Source: Bacteriovoracaceae bacterium
Lineage (GTDB): Bacteria; Bdellovibrionota; Bacteriovoracia; Bacteriovoracales; Bacteriovoracaceae
Assembly (NCBI GenBank): GCA_041586955.1
Contig: JBFGZE010000003.1
Span: forward strand, 1 to 64,000
Reading direction: 5' to 3'
DNA length: 64,000 nt
Shown: one piece after another, positions 1 to 9,725 of the stretch
Layout of the letters: each line of letters begins with the position of its first letter
How positions within the stretch are numbered: position 1 is the stretch's first letter
Notes under the pieces: model-generated
Told to the model about the DNA's origin: nothing
Databases searched by the model: none
Seen by the model: the letters and a program-made list of their open reading frames with translations, nothing else
Program-made: the position numbers and the translations under genes

Positions 1-603
1 ATTATTATTACTCGTGGAGTGGGAGAAATCACTCTCGATCCAAATATGGCATCCGGGAATAACCGCATTATATTGGCCAAAACCCTGCCAGAAAACCCAC
101 CCGAATGGTACCGGGAAGGTGTTCATATGATTATTCCTCACGTGCGCCGGAATTCCCCTCAGACCCTAGATCCTGCCATCAAATCGGGTAATTACCTCAA
201 TAATGTCATGGCGATGGCCGAGGCCAAAAGGCGCCAGGCCTTTGATGCCATTATGCTAAACGAGGATGGCCATATTACAGAGGCAACGACCAGTAATATC
301 TGGATCATTAAAGATCGCCAGATTATAACTCCACCACTAGAGGTTGGTATTCTGGAAGGTATTACTCGACGTAAAATTCTCCATCTGGCCCGTCACGAAA
401 AATGGCCTGTTAAGGAGCAGAAATTTGGTGAACTCGACCTGAAAGGGGCCGATGAAGTTTTCCTAACTAGTACCACCAAAAAAGTCGTCCCTATCGTTCA
501 GGTTGATGATCAACTCATCGGTGATGGCAAGCCCGGCCCATTAACTCACAAAATTTCACAGCTTTACCATGATTTTATTGAGAAAGTTATCCTGAATGAA
601 TAA
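1..603 (+). CDS. Aminotransferase class IV (IlvE/Dat/PabC family), 5'-partial
   Basis: Frame open from base 1 (IIITRGVGE...); PLP lysine motif IKSGNYLNN, EATTSNI, ILEGITR, ADEVFLTST. Confidence 0.9.
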   Translation: MIITRGVGEITLDPNMASGNNRIILAKTLPENPPEWYREGVHMIIPHVRRNSPQTLDPAIKSGNYLNNVMAMAEAKRRQAFDAIMLNEDGHITEATTSNIWIIKDRQIITPPLEVGILEGITRRKILHLARHEKWPVKEQKFGELDLKGADEVFLTSTTKKVVPIVQVDDQLIGDGKPGPLTHKISQLYHDFIEKVILNE

Positions 604-639
604 AGATGGCCCTTTTTTTCACTCTTTGCCCCTTTAATA

Positions 640-668
640 TTGCCAATTTAAGGTGTTTAAGGTAGTTT
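640..668 (+). promoter_or_regulatory. Candidate sigma70 promoter of rpsD
   Basis: TTGCCA-17 nt-TAGTTT about 100 nt upstream of the rpsD start. Confidence 0.5.
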
Positions 669-768
669 TCGCCTCACGCGTTCGTCAAAAATTTTAATAC
701 CAATAATGTGACGCGTCCGTGGCATATGGCCCTGGCCATTGTGGTATTAATTAAAAGGAGATTATGAG

Positions 769-1401
769 ATGGCAAAGAGTACAACAGGTCGAAGCAAGTT
801 TAAGCTTCAAAGAGCATTAGGTTTAGAACTTCCAGGTCTTGGTAAAGCTGGCGCTTTAGAGAGACGTCCTTACGGACCAGGTGTTCATGGTAATAGAAGA
901 AAGAAAATTTCTGACTATGCCGTTCGTTTAAAAGAAAAGCAAAAACTCGTTTACCATTATGGCCTTCGCGAAAAGCAACTTGTTAGATATGTTGTTGCTG
1001 CGAAAAAAGATCTTTCAGGTAAAGCGTGGATGGATGTACTTCTTACCAATCTTGAACAACGTCTTAACAACGTTATTTTCCGTTTGAATTGGGCACCTTC
1101 AATTCCTGCCGCTTCTCAAATGGTTTCTCACGGTCAAATTCGTGTAAACGGTAAAAAAGTTGATAAAGCTGGCTATATTGTTCAAAAAGGTGACGTGATC
1201 ACTCTTACTGACAAAGGTTATGCTAACCAACTTTATAAGCAGTCTTTAGAAACTCCTCGTTTACCAAGTGTTCCTGCTTGTTTCAACGTTGAGGGAACAG
1301 AAAAGAAAACTGCTACTCTTATCGACTTACCACTTCCTGGCGATGTTCCATTTGAATTTGATGGCCAATTAGTGATCGAATACTATTGGAAAACTAAATA
1401 A
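769..1401 (+). CDS. rpsD: 30S ribosomal protein S4 (form without the zinc-ribbon cysteines)
   Basis: RPYGPGVHG, SDYAVRLKEKQKL, LEQRLNNVIFR, QMVSHGQIRVNG motifs; AAGGAG RBS. Confidence 0.97.
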   Translation: MAKSTTGRSKFKLQRALGLELPGLGKAGALERRPYGPGVHGNRRKKISDYAVRLKEKQKLVYHYGLREKQLVRYVVAAKKDLSGKAWMDVLLTNLEQRLNNVIFRLNWAPSIPAASQMVSHGQIRVNGKKVDKAGYIVQKGDVITLTDKGYANQLYKQSLETPRLPSVPACFNVEGTEKKTATLIDLPLPGDVPFEFDGQLVIEYYWKTK

Positions 1402-1434
1402 TTCCATTAGTGCATTTAAAATTTTAAAAAAGAG

Positions 1435-1464
1435 AAAGGCCCCAATTTATATGGGGCCTTTTTT
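1435..1464 (+). terminator. Rho-independent terminator after rpsD
   Basis: AAAGGCCCCA-7 nt loop-TGGGGCCTTT followed by T run. Confidence 0.85.
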
Positions 1465-1545
1465 ATGTCTAGAGAATTGAAATATCATGCCCCCCATTGA
1501 AATTGGGTGCCACCGTTCCTCCTCTTGGGCCTATAGAATTACCTA

Positions 1546-2259
1546 TTAAGAATTATTACGAATTTTACTTGAGGAGAGATCCTCAAAATCATGATGATTT
1601 AAAAAGTGAATTTCTAAATTCGGATTCATTTTTAATAAAACTTCTTTCTGCTGCGTTTTATCTTTGTCTGATACTAATCGAGGAGCAATATAAATCCCTT
1701 TTAAAAGCTTTAGAACCTCATCTCCCCTAGTCCAACGGTGTAGGTCTAAAAAGGTGTCATCCCCCATTAAAAGGTATTTATCCGGAGCTTTTACTTGTGA
1801 TAACCAATTAATGCTTGGATTCGCCTCTGTTCGTGCAAGAAATCCTGGATAAAAGCTCCAAGGACTCCCCTTAAAATGCTGCACGAGATGGAGAAAGTCA
1901 AAAAAAGGATGCTCTCGTTGAACAAAACTTTTCCACGGATTGAGGTCTGGCATAACGATAATATTGGGATGCGGGCATAGATCCAAACATGCCTGATGAC
2001 CCAAATGCCAGGGGAAAAAGCTACCTGCAAAAAAGCATAGCGACGTTTCTTGAACAGGAAATGAACATAAAAGAGAAGGTCTTCTCTCCTTTTTTTCCTC
2101 ACCTAAGAAATCAAAAAACTCCTCTGCCAAAAGCGAGCATAGCTCTTTCTCTTCACTTAATGATAATAATCCCTGGTCACGCTCACTGATCCACTTACCT
2201 TTGGCCGGAGAAAAAACTCGTAATTTTCCATCTTCCCATTTAATTTCAACCTTTCCCAT
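1546..2259 (-). CDS. HxGH nucleotidyltransferase, divergent NadD-like
   Basis: FAGSFFPWHLGH, LLMGDD and C-terminal LSSSKIR motifs of the NadD/cytidylyltransferase family. Confidence 0.75.
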   Translation of the reverse strand: MGKVEIKWEDGKLRVFSPAKGKWISERDQGLLSLSEEKELCSLLAEEFFDFLGEEKKERRPSLLCSFPVQETSLCFFAGSFFPWHLGHQACLDLCPHPNIIVMPDLNPWKSFVQREHPFFDFLHLVQHFKGSPWSFYPGFLARTEANPSINWLSQVKAPDKYLLMGDDTFLDLHRWTRGDEVLKLLKGIYIAPRLVSDKDKTQQKEVLLKMNPNLEIHFLNHHDFEDLSSSKIRNNS

Positions 2260-3130
2260 GGAGCTCCTCCCTCAAGGGTAATGGCCTAAAGTTGGGGATA
2301 AGAAAAATGATCACACCAATAAAAATAAAAACGATGCCAATCCCCTTAAGTATCCCAAAACTTTCTTTAAAAAAAAGTACTCCCAACAAAAACTGGCCTA
2401 GGGGGGCCATGTATTGCCACATTCCCATTAAGCTCATGGGCAGTCGCTGAATTCCCTGGGTGAATAAGAAAAGTGGAATGACAGTGACTGGTCCGGCCAG
2501 AGCGAATTTCCACCAGGCGAGATCTTCACGGTGAAATGCCCAGTCTTGAAATTTGGTATTAATCAACAAGACGCTCACCATAAAAACAAAACCCAAAACC
2601 ATTTCCAATTGTAAGGCCATAATTGGCCTAACCTGATCTTTCTTGCGCAAGAATCCGTATGTCGCAAAACTAAAGGCAACGCCAAGACTAATTAAAGGAG
2701 ATGCCCATTCATTCATAAATAAAAAGCTTGTGCCAATAAAGGCCAAGCTAAGGGCCACCCGTTGGGATGCTTTAAGGACTTCTCCAAAAAAGAAGACTCC
2801 CAGAAGAACGTTAATAAGGGGATTAATGAAATATCCTAAGCTGGCCTCAATAACATGGCCATTAGTCACTGCCCACACGAATAGAGTCCAATTGAAGATA
2901 ATAAGAACACTGCTAGAAATAACTGAACGACCGGCCGACTTAAGAACATGCCATGTTTCGGCCATATGCCGACAAGTAAAAGGTAAGACCATAATAATTC
3001 CCCAAAAGAGACGGTGAACCATAAGCTCCCAGCTACTGACCGAGGGTAAAATGGACCAAAAAATAGGTGCGATGGCCCAAATAAGGAAAGCACCGAAAGC
3101 GCTTAAATGACCGATTGTTCTACTTTGCAT
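2246..3130 (-). CDS. rarD: EamA/RarD family transporter
   Basis: NWTLFVWAVTNGHVIEASLGYFINPL signature, multi-TM; start placed at MQSRT. Confidence 0.88.
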   Translation of the reverse strand: MQSRTIGHLSAFGAFLIWAIAPIFWSILPSVSSWELMVHRLFWGIIMVLPFTCRHMAETWHVLKSAGRSVISSSVLIIFNWTLFVWAVTNGHVIEASLGYFINPLINVLLGVFFFGEVLKASQRVALSLAFIGTSFLFMNEWASPLISLGVAFSFATYGFLRKKDQVRPIMALQLEMVLGFVFMVSVLLINTKFQDWAFHREDLAWWKFALAGPVTVIPLFLFTQGIQRLPMSLMGMWQYMAPLGQFLLGVLFFKESFGILKGIGIVFIFIGVIIFLIPNFRPLPLREELHGKG

Positions 3131-3217
3131 CCTCTCTTTTATCCAAAGATCGAAAGAAAAACTACCGAAAAGGTCATTTCTCCATGACAAGGGAAGGAAT
3201 TTACATTAAAAAGCCAT

Positions 3218-3553
3218 ATGGAATTCGAAATTGAAATTGAGGGAATTCAGCTCAAACTTAACCTTGTCAAAGATGATCTTTTCTCTCCTTGTGGAAAATC
3301 ACAACAAATCACCAAAAAGTGCCAAAAATTGCTCCGCTCAAAGGCCCTAGCTTTCTATACCTTAAGTATCCTGGCCTCTAAAGAAGGTACCAATATGGAA
3401 TTCTTACTCCCAGGATTGCTTCTCTCCACGCAACGAGAGGAAAGGATCGAAGAATTAGAGATCTTATTAGAAGAAGAGGGCAAGGTTGAGGCCATATACG
3501 ATAGATTTCAAACACTTAACTCCGATAAGCAAACCCCTCCCTGGGCCCAATAA
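3218..3553 (+). CDS. Hypothetical protein
   Basis: 111-aa ORF divergent from rarD, fills the gap, normal composition. Confidence 0.6.
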   Translation: MEFEIEIEGIQLKLNLVKDDLFSPCGKSQQITKKCQKLLRSKALAFYTLSILASKEGTNMEFLLPGLLLSTQREERIEELEILLEEEGKVEAIYDRFQTLNSDKQTPPWAQ

Positions 3554-3674
3554 ATTAAAAAAATAACCGATAGGTCCTTTAGATAGGGAAATTAATACCA
3601 ACTTATAAAAATGGTAAGTAGATTTTATAACCAAAGTCGAACGCAGCGCATTGGATGCTATAAAGAAGGTGCTT

Positions 3675-5291
3675 ATGAAAAATATGTTAATTATATTCGC
3701 TATTTGCTTGATTTCTCTCACCATCAGCGCTGAGCAGTCTTTGGCGGCGAAATCGCCATCAATCGAATTATCCATCGACAATTATTTAGAACTTTCTAAA
3801 AAATTAAGAGAGATTCAAAAAGGTCGTCTCAAAAACCTCGATGGGGCCAAATTAACGGTCCCACATAAAATCGAATCAATGAACAGGCTTCTCACTCTCA
3901 ATAATAAAGTTTTTAACTTTGTTAATAATCTGGCCAGTGCTTTAGAGGAGCATATGGCCAAAGGGAATCGACTTTCAGGCCATCAAATTCTCTTAATGCA
4001 AGAGGGACTAAGTGCCTTCATCCACACCTCCAATGATAATTTAACTTTTATTAAAAATTTAAAAGATGGAAAGATAACTCTCCAATCATTAATTTGGGCC
4101 AATACCTATGCCCAGACGCAGGAACGATTTAAAATCACTTATGATATTTATTTTGCTCAAAAATCTCTGCGTTTTATTATTAGGGATCAACTTAAAGAAA
4201 AAGACTCCAGCTCTATCATTGCTAAAAATTTACGTTTAAAAATTTTCCATTCTAAAGAACTCAAGGCATTGGAAATGATTCTTAACAAACTAAGAGTCCA
4301 AAAGATTAATCGTTGGAATGAGCAAAAAAAAGAACTTGTAAGACAAATTTCAGGGACTCTCGCCTATCAATATAATAAAAAAGGTATCCCTTTTAGAACA
4401 AAATTTACGGCAAAAAGCTATCTTGCTGACGGGATGATGTCGATGTTATCGAATCTTACCAAAGGAATTAGTTTTGGTTTTGGAAAAGTCGCTGGCAATA
4501 TTAAATGGCGAAATGGCCATATGAATAAGAATAAGAATGCCTATAAACATCTAACAGAAACATTAAGGCCCTTTGATATGATATTAGAAAAAAGAGGGTT
4601 TCTTTTTACTGATTATACCATTCCCGGTCATTGGGGCCATATCGGAGTCTACCTGGGAACTGAAAAACAACTTAAAGAGGAAGGACTATGGAATCATCCA
4701 AGTATCCTTCCTTTTCAAGATAAGATACGCCAAGGCCATAGTATTTACGAAGTTAGGCGCTGGGGTCTCGTTTTTCAAAAGCTCGACACTTGGCTCAATA
4801 TTGATGAATTGGCGGTCATTCGAGTAAAAAGCTTAGATAAAGCGCCCGATCAACTCAAATATGAAATGATGGAAAACCTTCTTTCTCAATACGGGAAAAA
4901 ATATGATTATAATTTCGATGCTATGACCACTTCAACAGTAACTTGTTCTGAGATTATTACCTTTTCTTATGGGCCCATTCATTGGCCGAGTGATTTTACT
5001 CTTGGCCGCATGGTCATTACACCAAATAATATGGCAGAACTTGCGCTTTTTGAAAACTCTCCCATAGAGTTTGTCACATACCTCAAGGCCACCAATAAAG
5101 GACTCAGTCGATTAGGCATTAAAGACTACGCCAAAGTCATCAATTACGTCCCTCGCCGCGAGGGAGAGAGGATTTTATTTGATGAAAAAGGTGAAAAGTG
5201 CAGGGCCAAATTTATACGCAAAAAACGCAATCGTATTGTCATCGACAATAAATGTGTGGACACATTTACTCACCACGAATACCTCTATTAA
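3675..5291 (+). CDS. Exported permuted papain-like NlpC/P60 (YiiX/YebB family) cysteine amidase
   Basis: Signal peptide; IPGHWGHIGVYLG precedes GKKYDYNFD...TCSEI (His before Cys, the permuted order). Confidence 0.8.
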   Translation: MKNMLIIFAICLISLTISAEQSLAAKSPSIELSIDNYLELSKKLREIQKGRLKNLDGAKLTVPHKIESMNRLLTLNNKVFNFVNNLASALEEHMAKGNRLSGHQILLMQEGLSAFIHTSNDNLTFIKNLKDGKITLQSLIWANTYAQTQERFKITYDIYFAQKSLRFIIRDQLKEKDSSSIIAKNLRLKIFHSKELKALEMILNKLRVQKINRWNEQKKELVRQISGTLAYQYNKKGIPFRTKFTAKSYLADGMMSMLSNLTKGISFGFGKVAGNIKWRNGHMNKNKNAYKHLTETLRPFDMILEKRGFLFTDYTIPGHWGHIGVYLGTEKQLKEEGLWNHPSILPFQDKIRQGHSIYEVRRWGLVFQKLDTWLNIDELAVIRVKSLDKAPDQLKYEMMENLLSQYGKKYDYNFDAMTTSTVTCSEIITFSYGPIHWPSDFTLGRMVITPNNMAELALFENSPIEFVTYLKATNKGLSRLGIKDYAKVINYVPRREGERILFDEKGEKCRAKFIRKKRNRIVIDNKCVDTFTHHEYLY

Positions 5292-5725
5292 AACTCTAAA
5301 AAAAAGGTCACTGGGCCATGATTATGGATATTAACATCCATTTTTGCACCAAAGCGCCCCGTGGCGACGGTGACCTTTTCCGCTAAATAATCACAAAAAA
5401 GGCGAAAATAAACGCGAGCATCATTGGGTGCCATAGAGCTTTCAAAACCAGGCCTATTTCCTTTTTGCCCCTTCCATGACAAAGTGAATTGACTGATTGC
5501 CAAAATTTGCCCCTTTGTCTGCGCGATATTAAAGTCCATTTTATCGGTTTCTGGATTCTCAAAAACTCTTAAATTGAGAATTTTATCTCCTGCTTTTTTA
5601 ATAAGGTCCCTAGAATCCCCTTTTTCAAAGCAGACCAGTAAAACAAGACCGTGCTCTATTTCCCCGACCTTTTCGTCGGCAACGTGCACACTAGACTTTA
5701 AACTCCGTTGAACAACAATTCTCAT
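5288..5725 (-). CDS. dtd: D-aminoacyl-tRNA deacylase
   Basis: MRIVVQR start, SQFTL, GNRPGF, NHGPVT motifs. Confidence 0.95.
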   Translation of the reverse strand: MRIVVQRSLKSSVHVADEKVGEIEHGLVLLVCFEKGDSRDLIKKAGDKILNLRVFENPETDKMDFNIAQTKGQILAISQFTLSWKGQKGNRPGFESSMAPNDARVYFRLFCDYLAEKVTVATGRFGAKMDVNIHNHGPVTFFLEF

Positions 5726-5733
5726 AGCAATTC

Positions 5734-7329
5734 CTAATACAAAGCTTCTAAGCGTAAAGTTGTCAGCTGTTTATTATACTCGTAACTAATGTCCTTAGAT
5801 GATTGCTTGGTATAGTCATGAGCGAGAGAGAATTTAAAATAAGAACCAAGTCGTTTAGATAACTTGAGCCCAAGTGTCAGCATTTTTTCGGACCCGCGAG
5901 TCGCTTTTTGCTCACCCGTGTCAGTCAAGGTTCCCGACAGCGAAAACATTGCCGTTAAGGACTTCCACATATTAGGCCATAAATAATCCAAACGCATGAG
6001 ATAAGAGTCGGTACTATAGAGATCTAAATTGGTAGTGACCAAATCACCTTGTAAGGTAGTGATAATAATATGACCATTTTTTCTCTGCCAAACTTGATCT
6101 AAATAAATGATAGTAGACTTCGAAGAAAGATCATCTGAAAAGGACGTAAATTGTTTCAACTTAAATTTAAAAGTAGTGTCACCGGCCGCGAAGAGCCGAA
6201 ATTTTTCACCAAACGAATTTATTAAAGAGCGCCCATAAAAAATCTTTTGATGCAGACCATTTCGGTCTCTTGCTGTGTAATCATATTCAAGATCGTATAA
6301 AAAGCTTCCTTGGGAATGACCCCATCTATGATCAATCTCCATGCGAAATGCAGGCGAGATTGAATAGGTATCATTTACAAAAACTTCGCTATTAGTCTGG
6401 TCATTATATTTAAGTGAAGTATAGCGTATTTCCGGTGTAAAGATGAATTGCCTTTCCTTAACTGAGCGATAACTAGCGAAAAGTCCCCACCCTCGATACC
6501 AAGAGCTAAACAATGTCCCGCTGACTGCCCCTTCATTAGCTTCGTTGACTGAGGTAACATTAGTATCATACGAATAATCCAAATTTGCCTCAAAAGTGAA
6601 TCCCTTTTTACCGAGAAAACGTCCTGATTTTAATTGAAGTGGGTGGCGATTATACTTGTATTGAACCTCTTCAAGCTTACGAGACAGAGTGCGTCCTTGA
6701 CTCGATTTAGGGTTGATTGCTTCCCCATTTTTAAGGAGAGGAATAATATATTTTTCCACAATACGGCCACGATCCCTTTTCCCCTCAATAAGACCAATCA
6801 ATATATCGGCGAGCCGTAAATAAGCAGCTTGCCTTAATTCTGGTGCCGCCTCTTTGTCTTTGATAATTTTAAGATAATTTTTTTTAACACCCTTAAAATT
6901 ATCTTTAAACTCTTCCATCGATCCTAAGTAATAATAACTATAAAAAGGTTTAAAATTTGCCTTAATCGATTGCTTAAAATATTTACTGGCCTCACTAAAA
7001 TCATTTGAGGCGTAATATACCTGCCCCATCTCATAATATATTTCAGGAGGTGAATAATTATTCTTAAGTGATTTCTTAAAATGGTCTTTGGCCTTTTCAA
7101 AGTCTTGCATTTTAGAATAACAAGTGGCACGTAAATAATGATTTAGACCTCGATCCTTTTTTCTCACGGATGAAGAGTCAAGAATCTTGATCGCCTGTAT
7201 GTATTGCCCCTGACGAAATAATTTATAAAATTTTTCATGGGCCTCATTCGCCCAAAGGGGAGAGGGGGAGATGAAACAGACCAATATGATCAACAAAGAA
7301 GGGAGCTGAATTATTTTTTTCACTCCCAT
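5734..7329 (-). CDS. TPR-repeat outer-membrane beta-barrel protein
   Basis: Signal peptide, N-terminal TPR-like repeats, alternating aromatic beta-strands in C-terminal half, terminal aromatic residue (LEALY). Confidence 0.7.
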   Translation of the reverse strand: MGVKKIIQLPSLLIILVCFISPSPLWANEAHEKFYKLFRQGQYIQAIKILDSSSVRKKDRGLNHYLRATCYSKMQDFEKAKDHFKKSLKNNYSPPEIYYEMGQVYYASNDFSEASKYFKQSIKANFKPFYSYYYLGSMEEFKDNFKGVKKNYLKIIKDKEAAPELRQAAYLRLADILIGLIEGKRDRGRIVEKYIIPLLKNGEAINPKSSQGRTLSRKLEEVQYKYNRHPLQLKSGRFLGKKGFTFEANLDYSYDTNVTSVNEANEGAVSGTLFSSWYRGWGLFASYRSVKERQFIFTPEIRYTSLKYNDQTNSEVFVNDTYSISPAFRMEIDHRWGHSQGSFLYDLEYDYTARDRNGLHQKIFYGRSLINSFGEKFRLFAAGDTTFKFKLKQFTSFSDDLSSKSTIIYLDQVWQRKNGHIIITTLQGDLVTTNLDLYSTDSYLMRLDYLWPNMWKSLTAMFSLSGTLTDTGEQKATRGSEKMLTLGLKLSKRLGSYFKFSLAHDYTKQSSKDISYEYNKQLTTLRLEALY

Positions 7330-7344
7330 TAGTTTACGATTAAA

Positions 7345-8673
7345 CTACGGAAGGATAAAGCGAAAATTAACTTTAGAAAAATTACTGGGAAGAGGAGGTG
7401 GCGCGAGACGTGTAACATCTTCATCTCTCTCTTTGGCAAGCTCTTCCACTAATTTTTGATCTTCTGCTCCACCAATATTTTGAGAATTGATAAGAACTGG
7501 TGCCACTTCTTCTTTAGACCCAATCGTATAATGATTCTCTTTTGTACTAATTGAGGCGATTGTTCGTTCAGCGGATTCTTTTATGGCGATAAACTCCCCT
7601 TGAGAAGTCAGATTAAAACCACTTGGCGGGTTATAATCTCCAGATTCGTGATCAATAGAGCCAATCGCCGCAGAGGGTGTATAAGTTCCACTATTATCAT
7701 CAAAATATGATCCTTCTGCAGGAGGAATATAGAGCGCCGTATCCATGTCCACATAACCTCCGGCCGGAGGAGCATACGCCTTAGTTTTGGCATCATAAAA
7801 TCCTTGTGGTGGTGGAGATTGTTCAGTCTTTTTTGTTATCTGTACCTTTTTTTCAACGGTTTCAATTATCCCCTGACCAATATTTTGCCCTAATTCTTTT
7901 TTTATCCCCTCATGGCCAGTCATAAAGTCATCACCACTAACACCTGGAGGGATAATCGACCTCATTTTGGGAGATTCCTTGCCTTTGAGCTTTCCTCTTT
8001 TGGACCCTTGAATTGAAAGGTCATTATTTTTTAAAATTTCTAATTGGGTCGGGCTAATTTTCACAGGTAAAGTGGCGCGATCACGATCAGGATCAGCTCC
8101 TGAAAATTGTCCTTTTTTAACAATCACAACCTCACGAGATGCCAGACGTGCACCTAAATTTTGATGCCCCCAATTTCTTTCCTGATCAATTTTCGCCATC
8201 GCGACGGCACCTGAAAAAGTAATTAAAGAGGTTCTTTTATTCTCTGTATTAAAATTCACTTGAAAGTCTGTTCCCCGCACCCCCATTGCCGCAGACTGAG
8301 TGCGGATATAGAGTTTATCTTTCTCCTTTCCTTTGATCTCCAAATAGTCCTTACTCACTTTCGCCCGCAATTGACCTTTAATTAAATTAACAATGCCTGC
8401 TTTTTTACGAGGAAAGGCCTTAATTTTGATTTCTGACTCTGGGCCTAAATTCATTTGAGATTTATCGATAAAAATTAATTTTACAAAACTTTTTTTAGAG
8501 GTCTTAATAACGGCACCAATCGGTAACCACGACTTAGCATTCACAGGGTAATGACTACCATTATGATGGTAAGAGACCTTACCTCTCACAATGAGTGCTT
8601 TGGCGACCTTGGAATCATCTTGGGCAAAGAGAGGTCCCAATATAAAAAATATCAACATTATATTTAGTTTCAT
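7345..8673 (-). CDS. Exported FecR-domain protein
   Basis: Signal peptide; FecR-like DKSQMNLGPESEI and TQSAAMGVRGTDF; Pro-rich C-terminal repeats. Confidence 0.8.
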   Translation of the reverse strand: MKLNIMLIFFILGPLFAQDDSKVAKALIVRGKVSYHHNGSHYPVNAKSWLPIGAVIKTSKKSFVKLIFIDKSQMNLGPESEIKIKAFPRKKAGIVNLIKGQLRAKVSKDYLEIKGKEKDKLYIRTQSAAMGVRGTDFQVNFNTENKRTSLITFSGAVAMAKIDQERNWGHQNLGARLASREVVIVKKGQFSGADPDRDRATLPVKISPTQLEILKNNDLSIQGSKRGKLKGKESPKMRSIIPPGVSGDDFMTGHEGIKKELGQNIGQGIIETVEKKVQITKKTEQSPPPQGFYDAKTKAYAPPAGGYVDMDTALYIPPAEGSYFDDNSGTYTPSAAIGSIDHESGDYNPPSGFNLTSQGEFIAIKESAERTIASISTKENHYTIGSKEEVAPVLINSQNIGGAEDQKLVEELAKERDEDVTRLAPPPLPSNFSKVNFRFILP

Positions 8674-8806
8674 CTTTCTCGCCTTTAAGTAGACACTTTT
8701 TATTATCCAACCTTCACGATTGTTATTAAATTTCAACCGCTTAGATGGAAACCCCTGGGTTAAAATGCCAACTTTCTAGGGCCTTCCCACAGCAGATCTT
8801 TTATCA

Positions 8807-8834
8807 TTATCGGCTTACCATTAACTTTTCTTGA
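8807..8834 (-). promoter_or_regulatory. Candidate sigma28 (FliA) promoter for FecR-TPR-dtd
   Basis: Minus strand TCAAG-15 nt-GCCGATAA; -10 element is a perfect consensus match. Confidence 0.6.
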
Positions 8835-8955
8835 TAGAAGCGATGCTCTGAGCACCTTCGTAAGTCTTTGAAGTCAAAGGATAAATCGCTTAAGCAATAA
8901 TCATCTTCCTATTGCCTTCTTAGACATTGATCTTCATATTTGTTACATTTCTCCA

Positions 8956-9663
8956 ATGATTAGTGTGATAATTCCTGTTCATGGCGCCCAAGACTTAAAG
9001 CATATCTCCATGGCCTCCCATCTTTGTGAACGCTACCAAGATATTGAATTCCTTTTTATTGGAAATATAGTCGAGGAATTAATTCCCTCAAATCTGAAAC
9101 AATCTCACCCCATTCAATTCCATCAACTTGATACCCACTCCCGTGCTGTTCGTTTAAATGCAGGCGTTAAGCTTTCGAGAGGCGAAATGATTTTATTCCA
9201 CCACCCGCGCTCTTGCCTTGAAGAGAAAGCGTGGCCATTATTAATAAAACAACAAAACTTATTGAGATGGGGCGGATTTACTCATCGCTTTGATATAGAC
9301 CATCCTCTCTTGAACTTTACCTCCTATTATTCCAACCGCGTGCGCGGTCATATTCGCGGTATCCTCTATCTAGACCATTGTATCTTCTTTCACCGTAAGT
9401 TATGGCGGTATCCCATCCCAGAAGTAGATATTTTTGAAGACACATATTTATCAAAAATGCTTAACACCTATTCATCTCCGATCCTTTTGCCTCTCTATTC
9501 CACGACTTCGGCCATTCGCTTTCAGGAAAATGGAATTTGGTATCAATCAATTCTCAACCAAATTCTCAAGCTAGGTTTTATATTAGGGGTATCCGATCAA
9601 TTAATGAATATCCTGTACGAAAAAGGTCTTCACTTAAATGCAAGTTATTGTGATAAAAAATAA
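8956..9663 (+). CDS. GT2 glycosyltransferase (TIGR04283-like)
   Basis: MISVIIPVH start, SRAVRLNAG, WGGF, FED, TTSAIRF motifs. Confidence 0.75.
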   Translation: MISVIIPVHGAQDLKHISMASHLCERYQDIEFLFIGNIVEELIPSNLKQSHPIQFHQLDTHSRAVRLNAGVKLSRGEMILFHHPRSCLEEKAWPLLIKQQNLLRWGGFTHRFDIDHPLLNFTSYYSNRVRGHIRGILYLDHCIFFHRKLWRYPIPEVDIFEDTYLSKMLNTYSSPILLPLYSTTSAIRFQENGIWYQSILNQILKLGFILGVSDQLMNILYEKGLHLNASYCDKK

Positions 9664-9725
9664 CTGCAGCTCTGTGATTTTTTTGGCACAATATTCTTAA
9701 GATATTTCTCATTTAAGGACGGACT

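Noticed and set aside
9684..9699. TGGCAC upstream of the metallophosphoesterase as sigma54 site
   Set aside because: -12 element TCTTA lacks the GC
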